Positions 54,132-64,000 of a DNA stretch of 64,000 nucleotides are shown here, one piece after another; positions within the stretch are counted from its first letter, which is position 1, and each line of letters starts with the position of its first letter. The notes beneath the pieces are model-generated. The model made no database searches and was not told the DNA's origin. It saw only the letters and a program-made list of their open reading frames with translations. This DNA is from Acidimicrobiales bacterium (GTDB lineage Bacteria > Actinomycetota > Acidimicrobiia > Acidimicrobiales > Aldehydirespiratoraceae), in assembly GCA_965116665.1 (NCBI GenBank), contig OZ220709.1, positions 2,132,062 through 2,196,061 of the forward strand, written 5' to 3'. A program made the translations under genes and the position numbers.

Positions 54132-55306
54132 GCGCGCCCGCGCCGCGCCGGCAGGGCCAGCGCCCCGGCTCGTCGTGGGCCGTCATCGCGGGGGGCGGGA
54201 CTGCCGGCCACGTGCTGCCGGGAATCAGCATCGCCCAGCAGATCGTCGCCCGGGGCGCTCCCCGCGAAGCGGTGCACTTCGTCGGCAGCTCCCGCGGCGT
54301 CGAGACCCGCCTGGTGAGCGAAGCCGGATTCGGACTGACGGCGCTTCCGGGGCGGGGCCTGCAACGGCGGCTGGCTCTCTCCAACCTGGCTGCCGCCATC
54401 GGACTCCTACGGGCCTTCGTGCAGGCCCTCATCGTGCTGCGGCGCCGCAGGCCTGCGGTCGTGCTGGGCCTGGGGGGCTATGCGTCGGCGGCCTGCGGGG
54501 CGGCCGCGGCCCTGCTGCGGGTTCCGCTCGTGATAACCGAGCAGAACGCGGTTCCGGGCCTGGCGAACCGGGTGCTGAGCCGGTTCGCCCGCGGTGCGGC
54601 CACCGCCTTCGAGGACACCGACCTTCGGGGGGCCACATGGACCGGCAACCCGGTGCGGACCGAGGTGCTGGCCGCTGACCGGGCATCGGGGAGGGCGGCA
54701 GCCCGGGCCGCCCTGGGGGTCGACGGTGATCGCCGCTTCGTGGCCGTCTTCGGAGGCTCGCTCGGGTCCCGTCGCATCAATGAGGCCGTGGCCGCCGCGA
54801 CCGTGCTCTGGCAGGCCCGAGGCGACCTTCACATCCGCCACATTGCAGGGCGGCGCGACTACGACGAGCTCGCAGGTCGCACCGCACCCGATCCTGCCAG
54901 CCCGCTGGGCTACGACCTGGTCGCCTACGAGGAGCACATGGCGACGGTGTACGCCGCGGCCGACCTCGTCGTGAGCCGCTCCGGGGCCACCACCGTCGCC
55001 GAGCTGGCGGCCGCGGGCGTGCCGGCGGTGCTCATCCCGCTACCGGGAGCGCCCGGCGACCATCAGACGGCCAACGCCCGGAGGCTCGTCGAGGCGGGCG
55101 GGGCGGTCATGGTGAGCGACCCGGAACTCGACGGGACCCGGCTCGCGGCCGAGGTGGACGCATTGCTGGGCGATCCCGACCGCCTCGATGCCATGGCGGG
55201 TGCGGCCAGGGCGCTGGCCCGGCCCGACGCGGCCAGCGCCGTCGTGGATCTGATCGAGCGGTGCGCCCTTCACCCGCAGCCCCGACAGCAGGAGGCCGCC
55301 TCGTGA
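54128..55306 (+). CDS. murG: UDP-GlcNAc--undecaprenyl-PP-MurNAc-pentapeptide GlcNAc transferase
   Basis: Motifs: AGGGTAGHV.P, GGY.S, SR.GA.TV.E, HQ..NA. Confidence 0.9.
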   Translation: MSAPAPRRQGQRPGSSWAVIAGGGTAGHVLPGISIAQQIVARGAPREAVHFVGSSRGVETRLVSEAGFGLTALPGRGLQRRLALSNLAAAIGLLRAFVQALIVLRRRRPAVVLGLGGYASAACGAAAALLRVPLVITEQNAVPGLANRVLSRFARGAATAFEDTDLRGATWTGNPVRTEVLAADRASGRAAARAALGVDGDRRFVAVFGGSLGSRRINEAVAAATVLWQARGDLHIRHIAGRRDYDELAGRTAPDPASPLGYDLVAYEEHMATVYAAADLVVSRSGATTVAELAAAGVPAVLIPLPGAPGDHQTANARRLVEAGGAVMVSDPELDGTRLAAEVDALLGDPDRLDAMAGAARALARPDAASAVVDLIERCALHPQPRQQEAAS

Positions 55307-56715
55307 GCGCCATCGACCTCTCCACCCCCCAAGCCATCCACGTGGTCGGTGCGGGCGGGGCCGGTATGGGAGCCATCGCGTCGGTCCTGCGGTCGATGGG
55401 CCACCAGGTGTCGGGATCAGACCTGCGCGACGGGCCCGTGGTGGCCCGGCTGCGGGCCGAGGGAGTGCCGGTCGCCATCGGCCACGACCCCGACAACCTC
55501 GGCCGCGCCAGCCTGGTCGCAATCTCCTCGGCCATCCACGACAGCAATGCTGAGGTTCGGGCGGCCCAGGCCCGCGGCGTCCCCGTCGTGCGGCGAAGCG
55601 ACATCCTGCCCGCCATCGCCTCCCACCGCAGAACCATCGCGGTGGCGGGCACGCACGGCAAGACGACCACTAGCTCGATGCTGGCGCTGGTGCTGCGGGA
55701 GGCTGGCCTCAACCCCTCGTTCATCATCGGAGGCGACGTCAACGAGATCGGCACCGGAGCGGTGTGGGACGCCGGCGAATGGTTCGTGCTGGAGGCCGAC
55801 GAGAGCGACCGGACCTTCCTGGCCATCGACGCCGAGGTGGCGGTGGTCACCAGCGTCGAGCCCGATCACCTCGAGGCCTACGACGGCGTGCCCTCGGCCC
55901 TCTTCGACGCCTTCGGCGAGTTCCTGGCCGCGGCCCGCCACCGGATCGTGTGCGCCGACGACCCGGTTGCCGCCCGGGTGGGCGCGGCCACCGGGGCCAC
56001 GACCTACGGCACCAGCACAGACGCCGACTTCCGCATGAGCGACGTGTCGCTGGGGATGCCCGAATCGGCCTTCGACCTGCACCACGGGCGAACCAGGCTG
56101 GGGCGCATAACCCTGCCGACACCGGGCCTGCACAACGCCCGCAACGCGGCCGCCGCGGTGGTGGCCGGTGTCGTCGCGGGTGCCCCGTTCGAGGATGCGG
56201 CCCGCGCGCTGGCCCGCTTCGGGGGCGTGGCCAGGCGTTTCGAGTTCCGCGGCGACTCCGCCGGTGTGACGTTCGTCGACGACTACGCCCACCTTCCGAG
56301 CGAGGTCGCGGCAGCCCTCGACGCGGCACGCACCGGTCAGTGGCGCAGGGTGGTGTGCGTCTTCCAGCCGCACCGCTACAGCCGGGTCTCTTCCATCGGC
56401 GCCGACTTTGCGGGCTCCTTCACCGGTGCCGACCACCTGGTACTCACCGGGATCTACCCGTCGGGCGAGGCTCCCCGTCCCGGCGTGACCTCCAAGATCG
56501 TGCTCGACGCGGTGCTCGACGCCCATCCGTGGTCCTCGGTGACTTGGCTGCCCCGGCTCGACGAGGTCGCTGACTGGCTGGTGGGCCGGCTGCGCCCCGG
56601 CGACCTCTGCCTGACGCTCGGCGCCGGGGACCTCACCTCCGTGCCCGACGTCGTGATCGAGCGCTTGGAGTCCGCCCGCGGCACCGGGCCCGAGCCGGCG
56701 GGGGCCAGACGTTGA
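55303..56715 (+). CDS. murC: UDP-N-acetylmuramate--L-alanine ligase
   Basis: Motifs: IHVVGAGGAGMGAIA, AVAGTHGKTTTSSM, DDYAH.P.E. The GTG overlaps the murG stop. Confidence 0.9.
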   Translation: MSAIDLSTPQAIHVVGAGGAGMGAIASVLRSMGHQVSGSDLRDGPVVARLRAEGVPVAIGHDPDNLGRASLVAISSAIHDSNAEVRAAQARGVPVVRRSDILPAIASHRRTIAVAGTHGKTTTSSMLALVLREAGLNPSFIIGGDVNEIGTGAVWDAGEWFVLEADESDRTFLAIDAEVAVVTSVEPDHLEAYDGVPSALFDAFGEFLAAARHRIVCADDPVAARVGAATGATTYGTSTDADFRMSDVSLGMPESAFDLHHGRTRLGRITLPTPGLHNARNAAAAVVAGVVAGAPFEDAARALARFGGVARRFEFRGDSAGVTFVDDYAHLPSEVAAALDAARTGQWRRVVCVFQPHRYSRVSSIGADFAGSFTGADHLVLTGIYPSGEAPRPGVTSKIVLDAVLDAHPWSSVTWLPRLDEVADWLVGRLRPGDLCLTLGAGDLTSVPDVVIERLESARGTGPEPAGARR

Positions 56716-57671
56716 CCGCCGCCGTGCGGGACCTGCTGGCCGACCTGGACCGGCGGTTGACCGGCTCGGAGCTCGGGCCGTCGCTGAGGCGGGACTATCC
56801 GCTGGCAGCCCACACCACTTACCGGGTGGGCGGGCCGGCCCGACTCTTCGTGACAGCCGACAGCCGGCGCGAACTCGAGACGCTGGCCTCGATCGTGGCC
56901 GGCTCATCCGGCGAGGGCGGGCCTCCGCCCGTGCTGGTCGTGGGAAGGGGCTCCAACCTGCTGGTCGCCGACCGCGGCTTCGACGGCCTTGCCGTGGCCC
57001 TCGGCAGCGGACTGGCGACCTTCGAGATCGAGGCGACGACGGTCAACGCATCGGGCGGGGCGCTGCTGCCGGTGCTGGCCCGGGCCACGGCCGACGCCGG
57101 CCTGACCGGCTTCGAATGGGCGGTCGGGGTCCCCGGGACCGCTGGGGGCGCAGTGAGGATGAACGCGGGCGGCCATGGTTCGGACATGTCCGAGTCGCTG
57201 GTGGAGGCGGTCGTGGTCGACCTGCGCCGCGGGGGCTCCACGGTGCTCGGCGTCGATGACCTGAGTCTCGGCTACCGCTCGAGCAGCATCACCGCTCACC
57301 AGGTGGTGGCGACCATCAAGCTCCAGTTGAGGTCCGGAGACCGCCAAGCCGCTCGGCGGGAGCTGGCCGAGATCGTCCAGTGGCGCAGGGCCAACCAGCC
57401 CGGCGGCCGCAATACAGGGTCGGTGTTCACCAACCCCGAACACGCCGCGGCCGGTGCCCTGATCGAGTCCGCGGGCGCCAAGGGACTGCGGATCGGTTCT
57501 GCGGAAGTCTCGCCCAAGCACGCGAACTTCATCCAGTCCGACGAGGGAGGGTGTGCCGCGGACATCGTCGAGGTGATGCGGGAGGTGCGCCGCCGGGTGA
57601 TGGCGCAGCACGGTGTGGCCTTGACGATGGAGACCCACCTCGTGGGCTTCAAGCCCTGGGAACTGCCGTGA
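56712..57671 (+). CDS. murB: UDP-N-acetylenolpyruvoylglucosamine reductase
   Basis: Contains an FAD-binding PCMH domain (GRGSNLLV, GVPGTAGGAVRMNAGG) plus GS.F.NP and K.ANF. The TTG start overlaps the murC stop. Confidence 0.85.
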   Translation: MTAAVRDLLADLDRRLTGSELGPSLRRDYPLAAHTTYRVGGPARLFVTADSRRELETLASIVAGSSGEGGPPPVLVVGRGSNLLVADRGFDGLAVALGSGLATFEIEATTVNASGGALLPVLARATADAGLTGFEWAVGVPGTAGGAVRMNAGGHGSDMSESLVEAVVVDLRRGGSTVLGVDDLSLGYRSSSITAHQVVATIKLQLRSGDRQAARRELAEIVQWRRANQPGGRNTGSVFTNPEHAAAGALIESAGAKGLRIGSAEVSPKHANFIQSDEGGCAADIVEVMREVRRRVMAQHGVALTMETHLVGFKPWELP

Positions 57672-58459
57672 GCGGCGCGGCCGTGACCGTGGACCCGCGC
57701 ATGAGGGCGCGCCGCATAGCAGTGCTGCGGGCCCAGGGCCGCCGGCGCCTGCATATCCTGACCGCCCTGGCAGCCGTCGCGCTGGTGGCCGGACTGGCCT
57801 TCGGCATCAGCCGCACACCGCTGATGGACGTGGACCGGATATCCGTCGGGGGAGACGGGGCCCGTGCGGCCGAGATCCTGGAGAGCACGGGTTTCTCCAC
57901 GGGGATGCCGATGCTCTCGCTGGACCTGGACGCGGCTGAGAGGTCCGTCGCTTCGCTGCCCTGGGTGAGATCCGCCCGGGTCTGGCGCGACTGGCCGGGC
58001 ACCGTGCGCATCACGGTCGAACCCCGCGTGCCGGTGGCCGAGGTTCCCGCTGCTGCGGGGCGCACCGTGCTGATCGACGCCTACGGGTATGCGGTCGACT
58101 GGGCGCCGGAGGTGGCCGAACCGGGCGGGCTCACCCACGTCGCGGTGCCCTTCGCCGGCCAGCTCGGTGACATCCACACCGCCGCGGACGGACCGCTGGC
58201 CGTGGTCGCCGCGATGCCCGACGACCTGCGGGCCTGGGTCAGTGCGGTAACCCTTGATCCCAGCAACGGCCGGCTGGGGCTGCAACTGATCGGCGGGGCC
58301 CGCGTCGTTCTCGGCGAGCAGAACCTTCTGGACGACAAGATCAGCGCGGTGCGGGCCCTGCTGGCGGGAACCGAACTCGACTGCGTCACCGAGATCGACG
58401 TGATCATGCCCGACATCGCCACCGTGACCCGCCACCAGCCGTGCCTACCCAGCGGGTGA
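57668..58459 (+). CDS. ftsQ: Cell division protein FtsQ
   Basis: Basic N-terminus, one TM segment, and a POTRA-like region (VDRISVGG......LP.VRSARV.R.WP.TV.I.V.ER). The call also rests on its position before ftsZ. The GTG overlaps the murB stop. Confidence 0.75.
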   Translation: MSGAAVTVDPRMRARRIAVLRAQGRRRLHILTALAAVALVAGLAFGISRTPLMDVDRISVGGDGARAAEILESTGFSTGMPMLSLDLDAAERSVASLPWVRSARVWRDWPGTVRITVEPRVPVAEVPAAAGRTVLIDAYGYAVDWAPEVAEPGGLTHVAVPFAGQLGDIHTAADGPLAVVAAMPDDLRAWVSAVTLDPSNGRLGLQLIGGARVVLGEQNLLDDKISAVRALLAGTELDCVTEIDVIMPDIATVTRHQPCLPSG

Positions 58460-58552
58460 AGGCTCAAGGGAGACTTCACACCCCGTGACCCGTCGTCGGG
58501 CATGCGGGCTCTAAGATGCAGTGATCGCAAGCCAGGGAGGTTCAACACGGTG

Positions 58553-59671
58553 ATGGCCGATTCTCACAACTACATCGCCGTCATCAGGGTGGTCGGAGTC
58601 GGGGGCGGGGGCGTCAACGCCGTCAACCGGATGATCGATGCGGGCCTGCGGGGCGTGGAGTTCATCGCAGCCAACACCGACGCCCAAGCCCTCGGCATGA
58701 GCGACGCGGACCTGAGGATCGACATCGGGAAGAACCTGACTCGCGGCCTGGGCGCGGGCAGCGACCCCGAGATCGGAAGGCAGGCGGCCGAGGAGCACGT
58801 CGACGAGATACGGGAGTCCCTCAACGGATCCGACATGGTGTTCATCACCGCGGGCAAGGGCGGCGGGACCGGCACCGGCGCCGCTCCGGTGGTTGCCGAG
58901 GTGGCCAAGAGCCTGGGCGCGCTCACCATCGGCGTGGTCACCCGGCCGTTCAGCTTCGAGGGGTCCCGCCGCTCGGTTCAGGCCGAGGAGGGGATCCAGC
59001 GCCTCAAGGAGAAGGTCGACACCCTGATCGTGATCCCCAACGACCGGCTCATCGCCATCGCCGACGAGAAGACCTCCATGCTCAACGCGTTCCGCATGGC
59101 CGACGAGGTACTGATGCAGGGGGTCGGTGGCATCACCAACCTGATCACCACGCCGGGGTTGATCAATGTCGACTTCGCCGATGTTCGCACAGTGCTGACC
59201 GAGGCCGGCAGCGCCCTCATGGGGGTCGGGTCGGCCACCGGCGAGGGACGGGCGGTGGCCGCGGCCCGCGGTGCCATATCGAGCCCGCTGCTCGAATCGT
59301 CGATCGACCGCTCCCAGGGCGTCCTGCTCAACATCTCGGGCTCCTCGAGCCTCGGCCTGATGGAGGTGAACGAGGCGGCCGAGGTGGTGCACTCGGTCGC
59401 CCACCAGGACGCCAACATCATCTTCGGGACGGTGATCGACGACGCGCTCGGAGACGAGGTGCGGGTGACCGTCATCGCGGCAGGGTTCGAGAGCGACCGG
59501 CAGACCTACGGCACCAAGGACCGCCGTGGCCGCCGGGACCGCAGGCCGACCTCGAGGACGGCAGAGGAGGACCTGAAGATCGCCGACGTGTTCGCCACGG
59601 CCGAGCATTCCGGTACTTCCGGCGGTCTCGACCTCAACGACGAGTTCGATGTGCCCGACTTCCTGAGATGA
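58553..59671 (+). CDS. ftsZ: Cell division GTPase FtsZ
   Basis: Motifs: [48 protein letters not shown]. Ends in a C-terminal D(I/V)PDFL tail. Confidence 0.95.
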   Translation: MADSHNYIAVIRVVGVGGGGVNAVNRMIDAGLRGVEFIAANTDAQALGMSDADLRIDIGKNLTRGLGAGSDPEIGRQAAEEHVDEIRESLNGSDMVFITAGKGGGTGTGAAPVVAEVAKSLGALTIGVVTRPFSFEGSRRSVQAEEGIQRLKEKVDTLIVIPNDRLIAIADEKTSMLNAFRMADEVLMQGVGGITNLITTPGLINVDFADVRTVLTEAGSALMGVGSATGEGRAVAAARGAISSPLLESSIDRSQGVLLNISGSSSLGLMEVNEAAEVVHSVAHQDANIIFGTVIDDALGDEVRVTVIAAGFESDRQTYGTKDRRGRRDRRPTSRTAEEDLKIADVFATAEHSGTSGGLDLNDEFDVPDFLR

Positions 59672-59699
59672 CCCCGCCGCCGGTCCAGCCGCTCTCCAA

Positions 59700-60410
59700 G
59701 TGATCGAGAGGGTGGTGCCGGCGGGCGACGGATGGCTCGTCCGGGTCCGCTGCTCGCAGATCCTCGAGGGCGACTTCCGCTGGGATCACAACGGTGGGGC
59801 CGGCGCCGAGGGCGACGAGTCCCTCGAGCAGCGACGGCAGAGTCTCATGAGCGGTCGATGGACCTGGCTCGAGCAGGTGCACGGCGCCGATGTGGCCTAC
59901 ATCACCGAGCCCGGCGGCTGTGCGGGGACAGTGGCCGACGGAGCGGTCACGGCTGTGCCCGAGGCCGTGCTCGCCCTGCACACCGCCGACTGCGCCCCGG
60001 TGGTGGTCGTCGGGGGCGGAGCGCTGGGCGTGGCCCACGCCGGCTGGCGGGGCATCGTGGCCGGAGTGATCGGTCAGGTCGTCGACGGCGTGCGCCGGGC
60101 CTCGCCCGCGGGGGCGGCGACGGACCTGCGGGCCGTGATCGGTCCGGTCATCAGGCCCTCGAGCTACGAGTTCGGTGCCGACGATCTGGCCGCAGTGGCC
60201 GCGGCCGCCGGCTGCGACGTGTCGGGCGCAACATCCTGGGGCACGCCGGCCCTCGACCTCTGCGCGGCGGTGTCCGGCGCGCTGAGCGCCGCCGGCGTCA
60301 GCGACGTGGAGGACCTCGGGCTCGACACCGCGGGGCGCGGCTTCTTCTCGCACCGGGCCCGCGGCGACCGCGGCCGCCAGGCGACCGCGGCCCGCCTGGA
60401 GAGACGGTGA
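59700..60410 (+). CDS. pgeF: Peptidoglycan editing factor PgeF (YfiH/DUF152 laccase-domain protein)
   Basis: Motifs: QVHG, TADC.PV, GVAHAGWRG, C......FFSHRA. Confidence 0.85.
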   Translation: MIERVVPAGDGWLVRVRCSQILEGDFRWDHNGGAGAEGDESLEQRRQSLMSGRWTWLEQVHGADVAYITEPGGCAGTVADGAVTAVPEAVLALHTADCAPVVVVGGGALGVAHAGWRGIVAGVIGQVVDGVRRASPAGAATDLRAVIGPVIRPSSYEFGADDLAAVAAAAGCDVSGATSWGTPALDLCAAVSGALSAAGVSDVEDLGLDTAGRGFFSHRARGDRGRQATAARLERR

Positions 60411-61114
60411 GCGCGCCGCCGGCGCCGTCCGGCTCCGTGGCCGGACGGTACGAGGCGCTGCAGGCCCGGATCGCGGGCGCGGGCGGGCAGGGTGTCACCG
60501 TCGTCGCGGTCACCAAGGCGTTCGGGGCGTGGGCCGTCGATGCGGCCGCCGCGTGCGGCATAGGCGACATCGGCGAGAACTACGCCCAGGAGTGTGTGGC
60601 CAAGGTCGCCGAAGCGTCCGCGGTGCCCATGCCCCGGGTCCACTTCGTCGGCCGCCTGCAACGCAACAAGGTCAGGATGCTCGCCGGCTGCGTCGACGTC
60701 TGGCAGACCGTCGACCGGGTCGAGGTGGCCCGCGAGATCGGCCGGCGAGCCCCGGGAGCGGAGGTGATGATCCAGGTGAACATCTCCAGCGAGGACACCA
60801 AGGCAGGCTGCGCGCCCGCCGACACCGAGTCGCTGGCCTCGGCAGCCGACGACGCCGGACTCCAGTTGACGGGCCTCATGGGCATCGGTCCGCTCGGGCC
60901 TCCCGAGGCGGCCCGAGACGGCTTCAGGATGCTGCGGCGGCTGGTCGACCACCTGGCATTGCCCCACTGCTCCATGGGCATGACCGACGACCTGGAAGTG
61001 GCTGTGGCCGAGGGCGCGACGATGGTACGAGTGGGAACGAGCCTGTTCGGGGTGCGTCCCCGCCACAGGTCGCGCGGCGTGCCACAATATGACGCGCCGC
61101 CATGGGATCGGTGA
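60407..61114 (+). CDS. yggS: PLP-binding protein YggS/YlmE family
   Basis: Motifs: VVAVTK (PLP Lys), FGENY.QE, HF.G.LQ.NK, LMGI, LSMGM..D...A...G...VR.G...FG. The GTG overlaps the pgeF stop. Confidence 0.85.
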   Translation: MSAPPAPSGSVAGRYEALQARIAGAGGQGVTVVAVTKAFGAWAVDAAAACGIGDIGENYAQECVAKVAEASAVPMPRVHFVGRLQRNKVRMLAGCVDVWQTVDRVEVAREIGRRAPGAEVMIQVNISSEDTKAGCAPADTESLASAADDAGLQLTGLMGIGPLGPPEAARDGFRMLRRLVDHLALPHCSMGMTDDLEVAVAEGATMVRVGTSLFGVRPRHRSRGVPQYDAPPWDR

Positions 61115-61157
61115 GGCTCGCAAGCGCGCTAAAGTCTTCGCAAGGAGCGACGTATCG

Positions 61158-61697
61158 ATGCTGAAGAAGGCGATGATCTATCTCGGGCTCGGTCCGGACG
61201 AGCACTACGAGAGCTACGAGGACCCGATCCGCCAGACACAGTCTCACAACGTGACGACGGGCCGGTACCCGCCGGAGACCGCGCAGCCAGGGGTCTCGGT
61301 CGCGTCGGGCTCCGCTCCCGGAGACCCGGTGCTGGGTCGGACAGTCCGGCCGGTGCACCTCACGCCGGCCGAGGGCGGGGCGGGCTCGGAAGCCGATTAC
61401 GACGACCCGGTGCGGGTGGTGCATCCCGTGGCCGCGAAGAGCATGAAGCCCCACGCGGTCTCCCCGGATGCCTTCAACGACGCCCAGGAGATCGGGGACC
61501 GGTTCAAGTCGGGCCAGCCCGTGATCGTGAACCTGCAAGCGGTTGATCGGGACTTGCAGCGGCGGCTCGTGGACTTCTCGAGCGGCCTCTGCTACGCCAT
61601 GGGCGGCAAGATGGACCGAGTCGCCGACCAGGTTTACCTGCTCACCCCCGCGGACGTGGAGGTGTCGAAGGAGACCGCAAGGCCCAAGCGCTCCTGA
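61158..61697 (+). CDS. sepF: Cell division protein SepF
   Basis: MLKKAMIYLGLG N-terminus. Conserved C-terminal domain: DAQEIGDRFKSGQPVIVNL...D..L.RRLVDF.SGL.YA.GG....V....YLLTP. AAGGAG SD at 61143-61148. Confidence 0.85.
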   Translation: MLKKAMIYLGLGPDEHYESYEDPIRQTQSHNVTTGRYPPETAQPGVSVASGSAPGDPVLGRTVRPVHLTPAEGGAGSEADYDDPVRVVHPVAAKSMKPHAVSPDAFNDAQEIGDRFKSGQPVIVNLQAVDRDLQRRLVDFSSGLCYAMGGKMDRVADQVYLLTPADVEVSKETARPKRS

Positions 61698-61702
61698 CAT
61701 AA

Positions 61703-61969
61703 GTGCTCTTCATCTGCCTGCTGCTCAACGTCTACCTGTTCGCGGTCTTCGGTCGCGTCCTGCTGAGCTGGTTCCCGCTCAATCCTCACGGAGCGATGGC
61801 CACCGTCGCCGGGTTCCTGATCACCGTCACCGACCCGGTCATGAGGCGGGTCCGGCGGATCCTTCCGGCGGCGCGCTTCGGGGGCATGGCACTCGACTTC
61901 TCGCCGGTGGTGGTGATCTTCGGCATCATCCTCCTCATGAGGTTCCTCAGGGCAGCCGGCATCTGCTGA
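61703..61969 (+). CDS. YggT-family membrane protein
   Basis: 88 aa. Motifs: LLSWFP......V..FL..VTDP.....RR..P....GG.DFSP. Confidence 0.8.
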   Translation: MLFICLLLNVYLFAVFGRVLLSWFPLNPHGAMATVAGFLITVTDPVMRRVRRILPAARFGGMALDFSPVVVIFGIILLMRFLRAAGIC

Positions 61970-62080
61970 GAGGCCGCGTCCGGGCCGCTCTCCGGGGGCT
62001 GCCCGGAGCCGGGACGACCGCCGGCCCGCCACCGCGGGGCATCCACCATTTGCGAGCATGCCCGTGGCATCATCGCCCGC

Positions 62081-63442
62081 ATGAATGCTCTCAACGATCT
62101 CACCACCGAGGTCCGGTTTCGCGAGCGCATGCGCGGCTACGACTTCGAGGAGGTCGACAGCTACGTCAAGGCTGTGAACCGGGCAGTGGCCCACGGCAGG
62201 GATCAGATCTCGGACTTGCAGCATCGGCTGTCTCAGACGGAGACGGACAGCGGCAACGGCGACGGTCTGAACGAGACCCGCGAGATGCTGCTTCGCACCC
62301 TCGTGCTGGCGCAGCGCACCGCCGACACGGCAATCTCGGAGGCCCGGACCGAGGCCAAGTCGATCACCGACTCGGCGCAGCAGCGGGCAGCCAAGACGGT
62401 CGCCGAGGCTGAGGCGGCCGCCAACGAGCGGCTGCGTTCGTCGGAGGAGCGGGCCGCCCAGACCCTGGCCGAGGCCGAGGAGAACTGCCAGTTGATCCTC
62501 AGCGAGGCGAAGCGGACAGCGGCCGCGGAACTGGCCGCCGAACGCTCCCGCAAGATCGAGGAGATCGAGGCTCTCGAGGCGACGCGCGCCGACCTCGAGG
62601 CGGCCACCGCCGCCATCCAGGCCAGGCTCGACAGCGAGCGGTCCCAGTTGCGCAGTCTGGCCGCCGCGTTCCAGTCCTTCGTGGAACAGTTCGAGCCCAT
62701 CGCCGATCCAGGCGATTCCACCGGGGAGCCCACCGAGGCCGGCGGCTCGGACCTGGACATGGAGGCCGGCGAGGTCACGATGCCCGGCGAGGGTCAGCCG
62801 GCATTGCCGCCCGACGACGCTGCCGACCCGGATGCCCAGCACGAACCGGCCATCGAGTCCTCACAGGACCCCGACGACGGCGCTGCGGCCGCCGAGCACG
62901 ACCCCGACACCGAGGCTGCGGCCGCCGAGCACGACCCCGACACCGAGGCTGCGGCCGCCGAGCACGACCCCGACACCGAGGCTGCGGCCGCCGAGCACGA
63001 CCCCGACACCTTGGCTACGGCCGCCGAGCACGCCGGCGACGCCGTCGAGGACGCCCGCACGACCGGCACGCTGCATGCCGACACGCTGCCCGATCTCTCG
63101 CCGGTGAGATGGGCCGGGGAGGACACAGGCACGTCGGAAGCCGCCCCGGACAGCGCCTACCCGGCCCGGACTGCCGGCTCCGAGCGAGCCCACCCGGAGC
63201 CGGCGGATCCCCGCACCGTCGACGGGTCCGAGACTGTGGCTGCACCGGTGATGCGCTCGGCGGAGGCCCGCGGCCCGGAGCTCTTCGATATCGAGGCCGA
63301 GGAGGACGACGAGTTCATAGAGCAACTCCGGCAGGTCGTCAGCAGCGACGCCCCCTTGCCCAGTGCCGACGCTGCCATGGCTGCCTTCTTCGACCACGAT
63401 GAGGGCCCCGGCCGCGGCGGTAGGCTCGGCCAGCGGGCTTGA
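62081..63442 (+). CDS. divIVA: DivIVA-domain protein (Wag31-like) with a long acidic repeat-containing C-terminus
   Basis: N-terminal F....RGYD.EEVD.YV motif, a coiled coil, then a D/E/A/P-rich tail. Confidence 0.85.
   Translation: MNALNDLTTEVRFRERMRGYDFEEVDSYVKAVNRAVAHGRDQISDLQHRLSQTETDSGNGDGLNETREMLLRTLVLAQRTADTAISEARTEAKSITDSAQQRAAKTVAEAEAAANERLRSSEERAAQTLAEAEENCQLILSEAKRTAAAELAAERSRKIEEIEALEATRADLEAATAAIQARLDSERSQLRSLAAAFQSFVEQFEPIADPGDSTGEPTEAGGSDLDMEAGEVTMPGEGQPALPPDDAADPDAQHEPAIESSQDPDDGAAAAEHDPDTEAAAAEHDPDTEAAAAEHDPDTEAAAAEHDPDTLATAAEHAGDAVEDARTTGTLHADTLPDLSPVRWAGEDTGTSEAAPDSAYPARTAGSERAHPEPADPRTVDGSETVAAPVMRSAEARGPELFDIEAEEDDEFIEQLRQVVSSDAPLPSADAAMAAFFDHDEGPGRGGRLGQRA
62882..63013 (+). 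repeat. In-frame tandem repeat, 33 bp x 4, inside divIVA ([11 protein letters not shown] x4)
   Basis: GCTGCGGCCGCCGAGCACGACCCCGACACCGAG is repeated four times. The last copy ends ..ACCTTG. Confidence 0.9.
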
Positions 63443-63511
63443 TCGCCGCACACGTCTGAACCGCCGATATAACCGGGGGTCCTTGATCTGACGGCAGGAC
63501 GGGAGCTTGAT

Positions 63512-64000
63512 ATGGCCAAGTCCGACAGGGCACAAGCCGGCAAGACCGCGAACACCAAGCCGGCTGATTCGAAAGCGTCGGCCAAGAAGTCCGGCGCGCG
63601 GCCGTCGGGGGCCAAGGCCGGGCCCAAGCCCCGCTTCGACGCCAAGTTCCTCGAGGACATGAGGCGGAAGCTGCTCAAGGAGCGGGCCAAGTACCTGCAC
63701 TCGGCCGAGGAGTACCAGGCCGAGGCAGAGTCGCTGCTGGCCACGCGGGAGCCCGGCGACGTCCAGTTCGACGAGGAGGGCGGCGAGGGCACCACCGTGG
63801 CGGTGGAACGCGAGCGGGACCTCGCACTGTCCAGCCAGGCCCGCCACACGGTAGGCCAGATCGACGCCGCGCTCGAGCGCATCGACAACGGCACTTACGG
63901 CTACTGCGTCACATCGGGCGCGCCGATTCCCATCGCCCGCCTTCGAGCCATCCCCTGGGCCGCCGAGCGTGTAGAGGTCAAGGCGGGCGGCCTAGGTCGC
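63512..64000 (+). CDS. DksA/TraR-family C4 zinc-finger protein (3' end outside window)
   Basis: From ATG 63512: MAKSDRAQAGK.., ..ERERDLALS......I..AL.RI..GTYG.C...G..I...RL.A.PWA. The ORF is open to the window end. Confidence 0.75.
   Translation, partial: MAKSDRAQAGKTANTKPADSKASAKKSGARPSGAKAGPKPRFDAKFLEDMRRKLLKERAKYLHSAEEYQAEAESLLATREPGDVQFDEEGGEGTTVAVERERDLALSSQARHTVGQIDAALERIDNGTYGYCVTSGAPIPIARLRAIPWAAERVEVKAGGLGR

Overview
High-GC chromosomal window from an Actinomycetota-like genome; I cannot assign a genus from sequence alone. There are three parts. (1) 1-12.6 kb is an accessory island next to tRNA-Val. It has no integrase and a decayed ISL3 transposase. It holds VapBC and HigBA-like toxin-antitoxin modules and the most unusual locus in the window: a 1457-aa ORF (DUF4062-like N-terminus, TPR-like helical repeats, PIN-like nuclease signature, two C-terminal XRE-type HTH units). 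Its stop codon overlaps the start of a full-length HipA-family kinase gene. (2) 12.6-43 kb is housekeeping: crotonase, CBS protein, TrpB2, PntAA/AB/B transhydrogenase, acyl-CoA ligase, Dyp peroxidase, RNase P RNA, trpD, queG, a GT4 glycosyltransferase, ROK kinase, pfk, an mtrA-mtrB-lpqB-like operon, dinB and MoxR-DUF58-TgpA. A dispersed repeat family sits in this region, always in sense orientation just upstream of gene starts. It occurs as a 104-bp tandem array at 23.6 kb, a single copy at 29.9 kb and a 3x43-bp array between mtrA and mtrB. (3) 44.8-64 kb is a complete, tightly coupled dcw cluster: mraZ-rsmH-ftsL-ftsI-murE-mraY-murD-ftsW-murG-murC-murB-ftsQ-ftsZ-pgeF-yggS-sepF-yggT-divIVA-dksA-like. 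murF is absent from its usual slot. Repeat and operator-like sequences lie upstream of mraZ, and a structured spacer lies upstream of rsmH. Many long ORFs in the track are antisense or out-of-frame artefacts of the high GC content and were not called. All functional calls come from motif recognition by eye, not database searches.
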